Below are positions 17,380 through 27,421 of a stretch of DNA of 64,000 nucleotides, in pieces (position 1 is the stretch's first letter; the number at the start of each line of letters is the position of its first letter). This stretch comes from Clostridia bacterium (GTDB lineage: Bacteria > Bacillota > Clostridia > HGM11514), in NCBI GenBank assembly GCA_045586685.1, contig JAZNAU010000038.1, forward strand, positions 1-64,000, in the 5' to 3' direction. The position numbers and the translations under genes are program-made. The notes below the pieces were generated by a model. The model was not told the origin of the DNA, made no database searches, and saw only the letters and a program-made list of their open reading frames with translations.

Positions 17380-18076
17380 ATTTTGTACTGTTTAAAATAT
17401 CTTCTGCCTGCATCTGTAATAAATATCCGCAATCAACCATGGCTGCTACTACCTGCTCTTGCCTCTGTTCTGCCAATTCCGGATTGACATCCAAAGAATA
17501 AACAGAAGGAGCATTAGGAATTCCTGCAAGAAGAGTACATTCATATTCCGTCATTTCCATAGGTGTTTTACCGAAATATCCCATAGATGCATCATAAATA
17601 TTATAATATCCGCTGCCGTAATAGATTCCGTTGACGTATAATTCTAAAATCTCCGACTTGGTGTACCGCTTTTCTATTTTCACCGCCATGAGAATTTCGG
17701 CAATTTTTCTCTGAGGAGTATCATCTGATGAAAAATAAATATTTTTGGCAAGTTGCTGAGTTAGAGTACTTCCCCCTTCCAACAGTTTTTTCGCCTTAAC
17801 ATCATTGACCAAAGCTCTTACAGTTCCTACTACATCAAATCCTTTATGATGATAAAACCGCCTATCCTCCACCGCAACAACCGCTTCCAGATAAATTCCG
17901 GGAATTCGGTCAATAGGAGTAAAATGCTCCTGAGTATGAATATCCTCTACCGCCTCGTCCAAGGGAAGATATGCTAAGGCTTGTTGATATTGTTGAAAAC
18001 CTTGATATGCCCATGTTCCGCCAATCGCAATGATAACAAGAAACGTTAACCAAATCAGTCTTTTCACAAATTTCAT
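17378..18076 (-). CDS. Monofunctional peptidoglycan transglycosylase (GT51)
   Basis: N-terminal TM; EDRRFY.H.G, GGSTLTQQLAKN, RK..E, K.EILELY.N, LAGIPNAPS; no transpeptidase domain. Confidence 0.9.
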   Translation of the reverse strand: MKFVKRLIWLTFLVIIAIGGTWAYQGFQQYQQALAYLPLDEAVEDIHTQEHFTPIDRIPGIYLEAVVAVEDRRFYHHKGFDVVGTVRALVNDVKAKKLLEGGSTLTQQLAKNIYFSSDDTPQRKIAEILMAVKIEKRYTKSEILELYVNGIYYGSGYYNIYDASMGYFGKTPMEMTEYECTLLAGIPNAPSVYSLDVNPELAEQRQEQVVAAMVDCGYLLQMQAEDILNSTK

Positions 18077-18218
18077 ATGCAAGTCCTCCCTTTCTATGTT
18101 CTATTTTAAAGGTAGCATATTTCGAAAAAAATGTCAAGTCAAATCAGTGATTTGTAAATAAATAGCAATATTTCTAAAGGGGGAATCCAATATCAGATTC
18201 CCCCTTTCACTCAAATTT

Positions 18219-19382
18219 TTATTTTAATTCACCGTTTTCTGCCATCAGATGTCCATTAACAAAAACTGCTTTTACTTGAATATCATCATCAAAAACCACT
18301 ATGTCAGCATCATATCCTTTAAGTAAATGTCCCTTGTTGTCCAATCCCATCACTTTCGCAGGATTTTGTGTCATCATCTGAATAGTTTCAGGAAGCGGAA
18401 TTCCTGCCCCCTTATGCATGGTTCTTACCAGACGGTCTGTTGTTGCAATACTTCCGGCAAATGCGGAACGGTCAGGCAGTTTTGCCACACCATCCTCTGA
18501 AATACAGCGCATTCCGCCTTTTAAGCTTCCTATCACATATTCCCCATCCGGCATTCCGGCTGCACGCATGGAATCTGTCACCATACAAATTTTATCAACG
18601 CCTTTAATTTTATAAATCATTTGCAGTAATTCAATAGGAAGATGACATCCGTCGGCAATGACCTCTACCATCATATCATCTAATAAAAAGGCAGATTCAA
18701 TCACCCCAAGATGACGATACCCTCCAATTCTTACAACGGTAGAGGTAGCGCTGTACAAGTGGGTAATCAGCTTACAACCCTGTTCAAAGCAAGGCAAAAT
18801 ATCCTCATATAAAGCACCGCTGTGAGCAATGGCACTGACAACACCTTTTTCTGTAAGAAATTTAGCAAACTCTGCACTCCCCTTCAATTCGGGTGCAAAG
18901 TCTATTCTCTTCACAATTCCAGACTTTAAATATTCTTCTGTTTCCTCTGTATTGATTTCACGGATGTAGTCAGGGTTTTGCGCACCGCAATTTTTAATAT
19001 CAAAAAAGGAACCTTCCATATGAGCACCACGGACCGTAGGAAAAGACATCCCATTTTTAATATTTTTCAATGCAGTTTTAGATTCTTCTATCGATGAACA
19101 AACTGTAGTCGGAAAAATAGAGGTTGTGCCATGGGTCAGATGCATTTTCGCAGCCGTCAAAACATTTTCTTCACCCGCGTCCATGAAGTCTGCTCCCCCA
19201 CCCCCATGAGTATGAATATCAATAAAACCGGCAGATACATAGCATCCCTTAGCATCATAAATTTCATCAAAGGGCAGGTCTTGGTCTGTTATCGCCTGAA
19301 TTTTTCCATCCTTAACAAATACAGACTGCCCTTCCTTCAATTCATGTTCTACCAGTATGCCGTTTATAATTTTTGTTACCAT
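18219..19382 (-). CDS. nagA: N-acetylglucosamine-6-phosphate deacetylase family
   Basis: GFIDIHTHG, GAHMEG, AHS, THLYSA, IADGCH, VTDSM, AGS. Confidence 0.88.
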   Translation of the reverse strand: MVTKIINGILVEHELKEGQSVFVKDGKIQAITDQDLPFDEIYDAKGCYVSAGFIDIHTHGGGGADFMDAGEENVLTAAKMHLTHGTTSIFPTTVCSSIEESKTALKNIKNGMSFPTVRGAHMEGSFFDIKNCGAQNPDYIREINTEETEEYLKSGIVKRIDFAPELKGSAEFAKFLTEKGVVSAIAHSGALYEDILPCFEQGCKLITHLYSATSTVVRIGGYRHLGVIESAFLLDDMMVEVIADGCHLPIELLQMIYKIKGVDKICMVTDSMRAAGMPDGEYVIGSLKGGMRCISEDGVAKLPDRSAFAGSIATTDRLVRTMHKGAGIPLPETIQMMTQNPAKVMGLDNKGHLLKGYDADIVVFDDDIQVKAVFVNGHLMAENGELK

Positions 19383-19428
19383 ACTATTTCCTTCTTTTTC
19401 AAAAATATTTAAATCATTTACTAATTTT

Positions 19429-21432
19429 TCAGTTGATTCTTCCTGCAAGACATCTATAATATACGTCCTTCAGTCCTGATCTTTCCAGAGCATCCACTAC
19501 ATTCAGTTCCGGTAAGGGATGAGCAAACTTGACACTATAACTATAGTGAGTCATTTTGGTTGCAAGGTTTTTTATAGAATCCCATAATTGTTCCGTCTCA
19601 TTTTCTTGCTCTAAGGCTTCATAATATTCAACAAACAGAGTGGTCAGCAAATAGACATCAATGCTGTAATGTAAACCTCTGATATCGGTGCTGATTCTGT
19701 TGCTTAAAAAGTTTTTCTTTTGTTTAAAGCGATTATCAGTTGGATTTAACGGGATCCCGCATACAAATTCTCCCTTTTGGGCATATAGCAAATCTGCTTT
19801 GGGCTGAATTTCCTCCATCAACGCCTGAGCTTGTTTCAATAATTCAACAGATTTGTGACCATATGCAACTGCGTTATTGCCCAGATGGTCATCACGGTAT
19901 AAAGGCTCAGTTGTTGTAACGCCGTCCCAATTCAAAAGATTGGAAAGGACGCTTCCGCCACACCATGCACGCCAACTGGAGCAATGCTTGGAGGCTTCTT
20001 CCACCAAACTGTATGCTTTCCTTGCGGTATCTGCAAAAGGACCATATAAATCGATGAAATATTTTTCCAACAGTTTGGAAACATCCTCGTTTTTATCCCA
20101 ACTAAGTTTTGCAAATAAGTACTGGGTCTGGGTTCTCATTCCCCATTCCAACATAGGAAGATGCATATAGGTCATTCCTGTAATTCCGATTTGAGCGTAA
20201 TATTTTAAATCTTTCTCAATTTTATCCGCAAACAGCAGGGACAAATCTTCAAATTTGGAAACGTTATAATACTCCAAAATCATCATAGGCATATCCTGCC
20301 ATGCCGTCATTACTTTATCATAATAACTGTTATAGCAACATTCCTCTGAATGCATTTCATGCTCATAACATCTTAAAATGGGAGCAAATGCCACATAATC
20401 GCCGGAGGTCTTTAAGTTTTCCGGAACCTTCTTTTCCGGAGGCAATAATGAAGTGGTGCCTTCATAAGAGCAAAACACCATACGAACCGGGTATTTTAAC
20501 ACTCCTTTTTCGGTTTCTTCATCAATTCTGGTTCTTAAATAAGAAAAGAAATTCAAGGTCTGGTCAGTGCCGTTTCCTAATGCTTTGCATTTTTCACACT
20601 GACAAGTGCCACCCCAGGTATCAAACCCCCAGATGTCCAGCCGGTCTGCCTCAGCCCAAATTGTTTGCATGCGTTCAAGTAAGTGCTGAAATAAATATTC
20701 CATCAAATCTGTATTACTCATACAAAACTGAACGTGCAATGCATTATCCGTGGTAATTTCATCTTCCCGTTGTCCATACCAATCGGGATGTGCTTCCAAC
20801 ATGGTTTGCCCTGTTTCCGTTGCTTTGTCGGGGTCTAAAATCTTTTCAAAAATATGACCTCCCGCCTTAAATTCCATTCCTAATTTTCTTTGGAATTTCC
20901 ATGTATTGGCACGATATGCTGCCATATTCATCTTATTTCTTGCCATCCACAAAAACAACTGAGCAGAATCCTTTAAAGGCCCTTCGAACTCAAAGCCACG
21001 ACCCAAATACATGGTGGGCTCGTAATGCTTACATTCAGGAATCTGTAATGCTTCAACCTTTTCCGGAACATATTCATCCCAAGGGGAATACCAACGAATC
21101 CCCTGTGCCTCTAACAACTCATAAACACCGTAAAGAAGACCTTTTCTGCCATCACCGGAAATAGTCACCTGTTTTCCATCCTCATGGATGGAAAAGCCTT
21201 GTCCGTCACCTACAACAGCTTTCAACAGAATGCTTTCTTCTCCCGGTTCATCTGTTACCTTTGCTTCCAGTCCAATACGGTTCAGATAGGTCACCAATTC
21301 CTCTGCTGCAAAACATACGGTACATCTTGTAGCACGATCCAAATCCGCTCTGAAATCAATAGTATCTTCCTCGTGTGCCCAAAGACGGTAATAATTGGCT
21401 CCTTCTTTGTAGGGCAAAACAATGTGAATCAT
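19429..21432 (-). CDS. DUF4838-like putative glycoside hydrolase, cytoplasmic
   Basis: N-terminal GH20/GH67-like beta domain (AAEEL..YL, ISG..RKGLLYGVYELLE..GIRW), H..HPDWY, QFCMSN, CQCEKC, L.W; no signal peptide. Confidence 0.6.
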   Translation of the reverse strand: MIHIVLPYKEGANYYRLWAHEEDTIDFRADLDRATRCTVCFAAEELVTYLNRIGLEAKVTDEPGEESILLKAVVGDGQGFSIHEDGKQVTISGDGRKGLLYGVYELLEAQGIRWYSPWDEYVPEKVEALQIPECKHYEPTMYLGRGFEFEGPLKDSAQLFLWMARNKMNMAAYRANTWKFQRKLGMEFKAGGHIFEKILDPDKATETGQTMLEAHPDWYGQREDEITTDNALHVQFCMSNTDLMEYLFQHLLERMQTIWAEADRLDIWGFDTWGGTCQCEKCKALGNGTDQTLNFFSYLRTRIDEETEKGVLKYPVRMVFCSYEGTTSLLPPEKKVPENLKTSGDYVAFAPILRCYEHEMHSEECCYNSYYDKVMTAWQDMPMMILEYYNVSKFEDLSLLFADKIEKDLKYYAQIGITGMTYMHLPMLEWGMRTQTQYLFAKLSWDKNEDVSKLLEKYFIDLYGPFADTARKAYSLVEEASKHCSSWRAWCGGSVLSNLLNWDGVTTTEPLYRDDHLGNNAVAYGHKSVELLKQAQALMEEIQPKADLLYAQKGEFVCGIPLNPTDNRFKQKKNFLSNRISTDIRGLHYSIDVYLLTTLFVEYYEALEQENETEQLWDSIKNLATKMTHYSYSVKFAHPLPELNVVDALERSGLKDVYYRCLAGRIN

Positions 21433-21441
21433 AACTTCCTC

Positions 21442-22188
21442 CTACAGCAAATCTGCTCCGCTGTCGCTATCGCAATACATGGTTACGCTTTTATGGCGAC
21501 GCATGATGGTAGCAGGACAATTTTCACTGATTTCTTCATGCACTGTTCTGGTAACCGCTTCTCTCTTGGTTGCCGCAGGAACAACACAGAACAGATGGTC
21601 TGCCTTAATCAATGCAGGAATGGTCAGAGAATAAGCATACTGAGGTACATCATCAAAGGTCGGGAAGCATCCGTCATTTACTTGTTGCTGACGGCATACA
21701 TCATCCAGCGTTACCTTCTTTAAAAGCTTGGTATCATTAAAATCTGCTTCCCCCGGGTCATTAAATGCAATGTGACCGTTTTCGCCAATTCCTAAGCATA
21801 CAATATCCGTAGGATACTGACGGAGAAGCTCTTCGTATTTATCCTGATGCTCAGAAATATAATATACATGACGGAAGGGAACCAAATCAAAAATGTGTTC
21901 CTTCAAAAAATGCTTAAAGGTCTGAGGAGCATCACTGTCCAGACCTACATATTCATCCATATGAAACGCATTGACTCTTGACCAGTCAATGTTTTGCTTA
22001 GAAAGTTCTGCAAGCATTTCGTTTTGTGAAGGAGCTGCTGCAAATACAACATTGATGTACTCCTTGGTTTCCAAAAGTTTATTCATGCAAGCCGCAGCAT
22101 CCAATGCGGCAGCTTTTCCCATTTCTGCCCTTGTATCAAAAACAGAAACATTTAATTCATCCTTTTTAAATTGTTTGATAAGACCCAT
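21442..22188 (-). CDS. Glucosamine-6-phosphate deaminase-like protein (NagB/6PGL superfamily)
   Basis: FHMDEYVGL, LGIGENGHIAFNDP, CPATI.R.H; AAAPSQ replaces the canonical TGSTP. Confidence 0.8.
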   Translation of the reverse strand: MGLIKQFKKDELNVSVFDTRAEMGKAAALDAAACMNKLLETKEYINVVFAAAPSQNEMLAELSKQNIDWSRVNAFHMDEYVGLDSDAPQTFKHFLKEHIFDLVPFRHVYYISEHQDKYEELLRQYPTDIVCLGIGENGHIAFNDPGEADFNDTKLLKKVTLDDVCRQQQVNDGCFPTFDDVPQYAYSLTIPALIKADHLFCVVPAATKREAVTRTVHEEISENCPATIMRRHKSVTMYCDSDSGADLL

Positions 22189-22315
22189 GAGATCTCTCCC
22201 TTTCTAATAATATTTTTAAAATTTTGATTGATTTCTTTCGCTTGTTCGGAATAAAGGAAAATATTTTTCATCTTTCCTATCAGTCTTCCGTTCCCAAATC
22301 AATCCAATCATTATA

Positions 22316-22347
22316 ATTATACCTAATTTTTGTCACTTTGTAAAGTG
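22316..22347 (-). promoter_or_regulatory. Sigma-A promoter of the nagB-like operon with a palindrome over the -35
   Basis: TTTACA-17-TATAAT; CACTTT-GT-AAAGTG palindrome at 22334-22347. Confidence 0.6.
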
Positions 22348-22466
22348 GTTTTTTTAAAGATTCCAAGTTTTTTCTCATATTATTTCAAATTTTGCAATTT
22401 GTACATCGAAATCCCTTTCACATCAAATTAACCCCTCATTTCGCTACGAAATGAGGGGTCCGATTT

Positions 22467-24281
22467 TTAATTAACCAGAATAATGATAGTGGATGCTTCG
22501 AAAGTGCCGTCCGCTTGTTTGACACCGCTGACTAACACCGATTCGCCTGGCAAAATCTTATCTAACGCTCTTGTGTTGTTATCATTTTTATTATCAATGA
22601 TTTTAGTTCCGTTACTCTTCTTTGTAAATACTTGAATCCGTTCTGTTGTACCGGAACCGCTGGTATCAGTTGCATATACATAGAGGAAGCCGTAACTGGA
22701 ATTTACAGAATCAATCACTCCCATCAAAGTATTTGTAGCTTGAACCACCTTTGAGGTAATCTTGATGATTGTGTCACTTTCCAAGGTAATATCAACAGCA
22801 TAACCCAATCTTAAATCATAAATATCTCCCGTTTCCCCATCAACTGTAATTTCCGTCGCATTGTTCAATGCATATGTAGAGGAAGTTTTTCCGTTATTCA
22901 CGGTAATGGAAGGTGTTGCAGAAATAATGATTTCTTCAATGGTTCCGCTGGTGTTTTTCTTCGTACTTGTTGCAATCACAGAGGAAACCTTATTATTGTC
23001 CAGAGTCAGTGTCAGATTATCCCCAACCAGCAAATCTTTTAATTCAACAAGCTTGGAGTTTTTCTTAACGGTTACTTTATTTGCTACCAAATAGGTTCTT
23101 TTTACACCGGAGGATGTTTCAGTAATAATTCCCAGTTCCGGTTCGTATACAATTCCCGCAAACTCAACAGAAGTAACCTTGTTTGTCCGCTGAGCGATTT
23201 CTATTTTGGCGATTTCGTCATTCTTCAGGTAAATTGTAACATTATCTCCTAATGTCAAATCACTGAAGGAAACAGCTTTATTATTATAGTGAATTTTACA
23301 TCCGGATGCCAAGGTAAACACAGTTCCCGTTGCAGAATCACTGGTGACAAGGGTTACTTCATTAGGAGTCCCAGTCTTTTTGGAGGTTACATATCCCTCT
23401 TGTACGCTATCTGCATCCAGAGAAATCACATCTACATAACGCAAAGAACCGTTATAATATTTCAAAACAACTGACTCACCGGATATTGCATTTGTAATAG
23501 ATTTCTTCTGACCGTTAATACGAACTTCTGCAGCTGCAGGAATTTCATATGCCTTTGCAGCGCCGGAGGTTTTTACGGAAATCGAAGAATTAGAAACTGT
23601 TACTACCTCTCCTGCTACATACGTAATGTTCAGGTCTTTAATGACACGATACAACATGGTTGCCATCTGAGCACGGTTCACTTCCACATTTGCACCAAAG
23701 CTTGTATCGCTCATTCCCACCATATACCCTTGATTCACTACATAGGATACATAATTCTTTGCATCATTGGGAATTTCATTTGCATCATCAAAAGACAAAG
23801 CTCCTGCTCCCAAGTTTTTTTCAGCACCGGCCGTTTTGGTTAAAAATACAGCTGCTTCATATCTTTTCAGACCCTTGTTAATCTTAGAAGAAGCAAGATA
23901 AGTCTGTAATTCGCTCTTTGTGAAGATACCATAATACATCAGCAATGCAATTTCAGACTGATTATTCAGGTTATAGGACTCTAAAAAATCACTATACAGT
24001 TCATTTGCCTTTTGAACAACATCCTGATTTGCAGATTCATAAAATCCGACAATACGTGACATGAACAACATCGCCTGTAACGTAGTCACTCCATCTGCAG
24101 GTCCAAATTCGGTTTCGCTGTATCCGGCAATTAAACCTTGCTCTGTCATAGAGTCAATCGCATCTCTTGCCCAATCCCAACGAGAATCGTTCAGGTCAGC
24201 AAAGGAAGAGGCAGATACCGTCATTCCCAACATCGATACTGTCAGTATTGCAATTAACAGTAATGAAATAATTTTTTTCAT
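22467..24281 (-). CDS. S-layer homology (SLH) domain surface protein
   Basis: Signal peptide; SLH repeats (FADL..WA..AI..GY..F.P, YV..GYM.G, VNRAQMA); beta-rich repeated C-terminal region. Confidence 0.88.
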   Translation of the reverse strand: MKKIISLLLIAILTVSMLGMTVSASSFADLNDSRWDWARDAIDSMTEQGLIAGYSETEFGPADGVTTLQAMLFMSRIVGFYESANQDVVQKANELYSDFLESYNLNNQSEIALLMYYGIFTKSELQTYLASSKINKGLKRYEAAVFLTKTAGAEKNLGAGALSFDDANEIPNDAKNYVSYVVNQGYMVGMSDTSFGANVEVNRAQMATMLYRVIKDLNITYVAGEVVTVSNSSISVKTSGAAKAYEIPAAAEVRINGQKKSITNAISGESVVLKYYNGSLRYVDVISLDADSVQEGYVTSKKTGTPNEVTLVTSDSATGTVFTLASGCKIHYNNKAVSFSDLTLGDNVTIYLKNDEIAKIEIAQRTNKVTSVEFAGIVYEPELGIITETSSGVKRTYLVANKVTVKKNSKLVELKDLLVGDNLTLTLDNNKVSSVIATSTKKNTSGTIEEIIISATPSITVNNGKTSSTYALNNATEITVDGETGDIYDLRLGYAVDITLESDTIIKITSKVVQATNTLMGVIDSVNSSYGFLYVYATDTSGSGTTERIQVFTKKSNGTKIIDNKNDNNTRALDKILPGESVLVSGVKQADGTFEASTIIILVN

Positions 24282-24479
24282 GTAACTTCACTCCTTATTT
24301 TATATTTGTTGCCATTTTTAAACAAATTTCTGTAAAAAAAGCAAGCTTATATTATAATAATGACATAAAACAAGTTATAAGTAAAGTGCTTTTTCTATTT
24401 TTAAACAAATCTTAACACATTTGTAATCACTTTCTCAAATTTTCTTGTTTTTTCCTGACAATTTTCCAGAAATTGTGCC

Positions 24480-24508
24480 TTGATTTTCTGTATGAAATGC
24501 CTTAGAAT
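24480..24508 (+). promoter_or_regulatory. Sigma-A promoter of the major S-layer gene
   Basis: TTGATT-17-TAGAAT; predicted TSS ~24514. Confidence 0.65.
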
Positions 24509-24513
24509 AGAGT

Positions 24514-24660
24514 ATGTGGTTGACATAACGTAATACCACGAGAGAACAATTCCTCTTAAATTCCCATATTATTTTGGCTTTGTTTCAAGGTTACGGAAAC
24601 AAAGAAACAACCACATCCCCCCTCGGGGGGAACAATAGAATCGGTATTGACAGTCGATTC
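24514..24660 (+). ncRNA. Highly structured 5' leader of the S-layer mRNA
   Basis: ATGTGGTTG (24514-22) pairs with CAACCACAT (24608-16), with an internal CTTTGTTTC/GAAACAAAG hairpin. CCCCC-CTCG-GGGGG and GAATCG/CGATTC hairpins follow. Confidence 0.55.
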
Positions 24661-24692
24661 ATTAAAAATTATTTGTTAGGAGGAAAGTAAAA

Positions 24693-27290
24693 ATGTCAAA
24701 AGCAAAAAAAACAATATCCTTTGCAGTAGTCATGATGATGTTGATCAGCATGTTCGTTCCGGTTTCTGCATTTACGGTTGCAGAAGATGTAAAAGGAACC
24801 GAATATGAAACTACTGCAGCGATCTTAGGCGCATTGAACATTATGGTCGGTGATGCTGAAACCGGCGATTTCAGACCCGAAGATGATATTCTGCGTTCTG
24901 AAGTTGCAACCGTAGCAGTCCGTACTTTGGGACTTGAAAAACTGGCAACAAGCTTTGCTAACAAAAAAGTGTTTGAAGACGTTGTAGAAGGCCACTGGGG
25001 TAATGGTTATATTAACGTAGCGGCTTCTCAAAAGCTGGTAGTTGGTGACGACGGTATCCACTTCCGTCCGGATGACAAGATCACTGTGGAAGAAGCCTCT
25101 GTTATCTTTACAAAGCTGCTTGGTTATGAAAACAAAGCAGAAGCTTCTGGCGGATTCCCAACCGGATATATGATTACAGCCAACTCCATCGGTCTGTTTG
25201 ACGGCATCAAGGGTGCAGAAGGCAATGCAACCCGTGGTCTGATTGCCCACATGGCCGAAAACGCACTGGAAATTAAAATGATGGAGCAAACAGGTTTTGG
25301 TAGCATCCCTACCTTTGAAGTAGTAGATAAAACAGTTCTGAACGATGTCCTGAACGTAACCAAGGAATACGGTCAGATTACTGCAAACATGTTCACCAGA
25401 CTGAATGGTGCAAGCTCTTCTTTGAAAAATAATCAGGTTGAAATCAACGAATCTGTTTACACTGACCTGACTGGTACAGCAACCTCTTTGTTGGGATACG
25501 AAGTCATGTACCTGCACCGCAACAACAAAACCACAGGGGATAAAGAAATCCTTCTGGCTCTCCCAGATAAAACCGCTATGTCCGAACTGACAATCGAAGG
25601 AGAAAATGTTGTAGCAATCACTGGTGATACTGTCCGCAAAGTGGAATACTGGGAAAACAAAGACACCGATAAAAAGACTCAGAATGTAAGCATTGCACAA
25701 AATGCTGTCATGATTTACAATGGTGTATACACCACCTTTGATTCCACTCTGATAAAGCCTGAAAGCGGATTTATTTCCGGAGTGATTCATCTGATTGACT
25801 CTGACAGAGATGACATTTATGACGTAGTAAATGTTGCGGCTTACGAAAACTATGTAGTAGAAGACACCTCTGTTGTAAGCTACAAGATTTTTGACAAATA
25901 TGAAAAATCTCCTTTGACCTTGGACCCCAACGACAAAACTATTAAATTCACTCTGACCAAGGACGGAGCAAACTACAAGTTTGAAGACCTGAAAGAATGG
26001 GATGTTTTGTCTGTAGCAAAAAGTCTGGACGGTACCGCACTTCATGTTATGGTATCTCATAATTCCGTAGAAGGTACTGTTACCGAACTTTCTAAAAACT
26101 ATGTGTATATTGACGGCGTAAAATATAAGGTAGCCGATAATTACACCAAGACCATTCAGTTAGACGATCAGGGTATATTCTACCTGGATCATTACAACAG
26201 AATCGCTGCAGTAGACAGCAAGACCAGATTTGCTGACCAGTATGCATACCTGTATGACGCATACTCCACCACTGCAGGAAGAAATGCAACCTTCATTATG
26301 CTCACCGCAAAGGGTGAAAAAGTAGAACTTAAGGGTGCAGAGAAAATGACCTTGAACGGTAAATCCGGTTTAAAACCCTCTGATGTAATGGCCGAAATCA
26401 CAGATGGTGAAGGAAATATTATTGCCCAGGTTGTTACCTTTGAAACAAACGAAACAGGAGAATTGAGAGTACTGGCAACTGCAAGCGACCTGACTGACGG
26501 CACCATCAATGATAAGGTGTTTGGTAAAAACGCAGTATTAACCGAAGCTGAATATCGTGCAAACGTAACAAAGCTTGGTAAGTATAACGTTGCTGAATCC
26601 ACCATTATCTTTGATATTCCTGCCAACAGCGAAAACTCTGCCTCTTATGTAGTTCGTAACAGATCCATGTTGGTTGACCAGAATAAGTATGATGCAATTC
26701 TTTACGATGTACAGGACGACCTGACAGCAAAAGTAATGGTAATCACAAATTCCGACGGTATTATCAGCGGCGAATCTTCTCTGGCAGTAGTTGACTTTAT
26801 TGCTACCACTCAGAATGCAGAAAAAATTACCGTTGACAAGCTGTATGCATTCCAAAACGGAAAGCAGATTGAAATCAACGGAACCGACGCAAACTTCTTT
26901 GTAGACGGTGAAGGAAACGCATTGAAACAGGGTGATATTATCCGTTTCAAAACCAATGCCAAAGGCGAAGTTGATGATTTTGAAATTCTGTTCCAGGTAG
27001 CCAACAAGGCAACAGAAGCAATCAAAGAACTTGATAAAGACACTTACACTGTATATGGTAAGGTAGACCGCAAGTTTGCAAACTCCATCAACGTGTCTGT
27101 AAACGGTGAAAACACTGCAAACTATGCAATCGACAACGCAATCGTTTACGACTACGATTCTGCTAAGGTGGAAAATCAGATTACCGTAGTAACCGCAGCA
27201 GACATTCAGAAATACGACGAAGCTGATGCAAAGCGCGTATTCATGAAGGTTTATAAGAATCAGGTTACTGAAATTGTAATTGTAAAATAG
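24693..27290 (+). CDS. Probable major S-layer protein (3 SLH domains)
   Basis: Signal peptide; SLH motifs (FRP.D.I.R.E, F.DV..HW..GYI, ATRG); strong codon bias (long antisense ORFs) consistent with high expression. Confidence 0.88.
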   Translation: MSKAKKTISFAVVMMMLISMFVPVSAFTVAEDVKGTEYETTAAILGALNIMVGDAETGDFRPEDDILRSEVATVAVRTLGLEKLATSFANKKVFEDVVEGHWGNGYINVAASQKLVVGDDGIHFRPDDKITVEEASVIFTKLLGYENKAEASGGFPTGYMITANSIGLFDGIKGAEGNATRGLIAHMAENALEIKMMEQTGFGSIPTFEVVDKTVLNDVLNVTKEYGQITANMFTRLNGASSSLKNNQVEINESVYTDLTGTATSLLGYEVMYLHRNNKTTGDKEILLALPDKTAMSELTIEGENVVAITGDTVRKVEYWENKDTDKKTQNVSIAQNAVMIYNGVYTTFDSTLIKPESGFISGVIHLIDSDRDDIYDVVNVAAYENYVVEDTSVVSYKIFDKYEKSPLTLDPNDKTIKFTLTKDGANYKFEDLKEWDVLSVAKSLDGTALHVMVSHNSVEGTVTELSKNYVYIDGVKYKVADNYTKTIQLDDQGIFYLDHYNRIAAVDSKTRFADQYAYLYDAYSTTAGRNATFIMLTAKGEKVELKGAEKMTLNGKSGLKPSDVMAEITDGEGNIIAQVVTFETNETGELRVLATASDLTDGTINDKVFGKNAVLTEAEYRANVTKLGKYNVAESTIIFDIPANSENSASYVVRNRSMLVDQNKYDAILYDVQDDLTAKVMVITNSDGIISGESSLAVVDFIATTQNAEKITVDKLYAFQNGKQIEINGTDANFFVDGEGNALKQGDIIRFKTNAKGEVDDFEILFQVANKATEAIKELDKDTYTVYGKVDRKFANSINVSVNGENTANYAIDNAIVYDYDSAKVENQITVVTAADIQKYDEADAKRVFMKVYKNQVTEIVIVK

Positions 27291-27327
27291 TCTGAAAAAA
27301 GAGTCTGACCTAACTCTCAAACTACTG

Positions 27328-27357
27328 ACAAACCCGCCACAAAAATGGCGGGTTTGT
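27328..27357 (+). terminator. Terminator of the S-layer gene
   Basis: ACAAACCCGCCA-N6-TGGCGGGTTTGT followed by T residues. Confidence 0.8.
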
Positions 27358-27421
27358 TTATCATTTTAATGAATAACATCTTGACTTTTGATCTTGTTTA
27401 TGGTATAATAAAATCTGTTAT

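Noticed and set aside
24282-24692. Invertible promoter switching the two divergent SLH genes
   Set aside because: I saw no flanking inverted repeats of suitable length and no recombinase nearby.
24825-27320. Long antisense ORFs (411 aa and 260 aa) in the S-layer gene, and similar ones in pckG
   Set aside because: These are shadow ORFs produced by strong codon bias; they have no RBS or recognisable domains.
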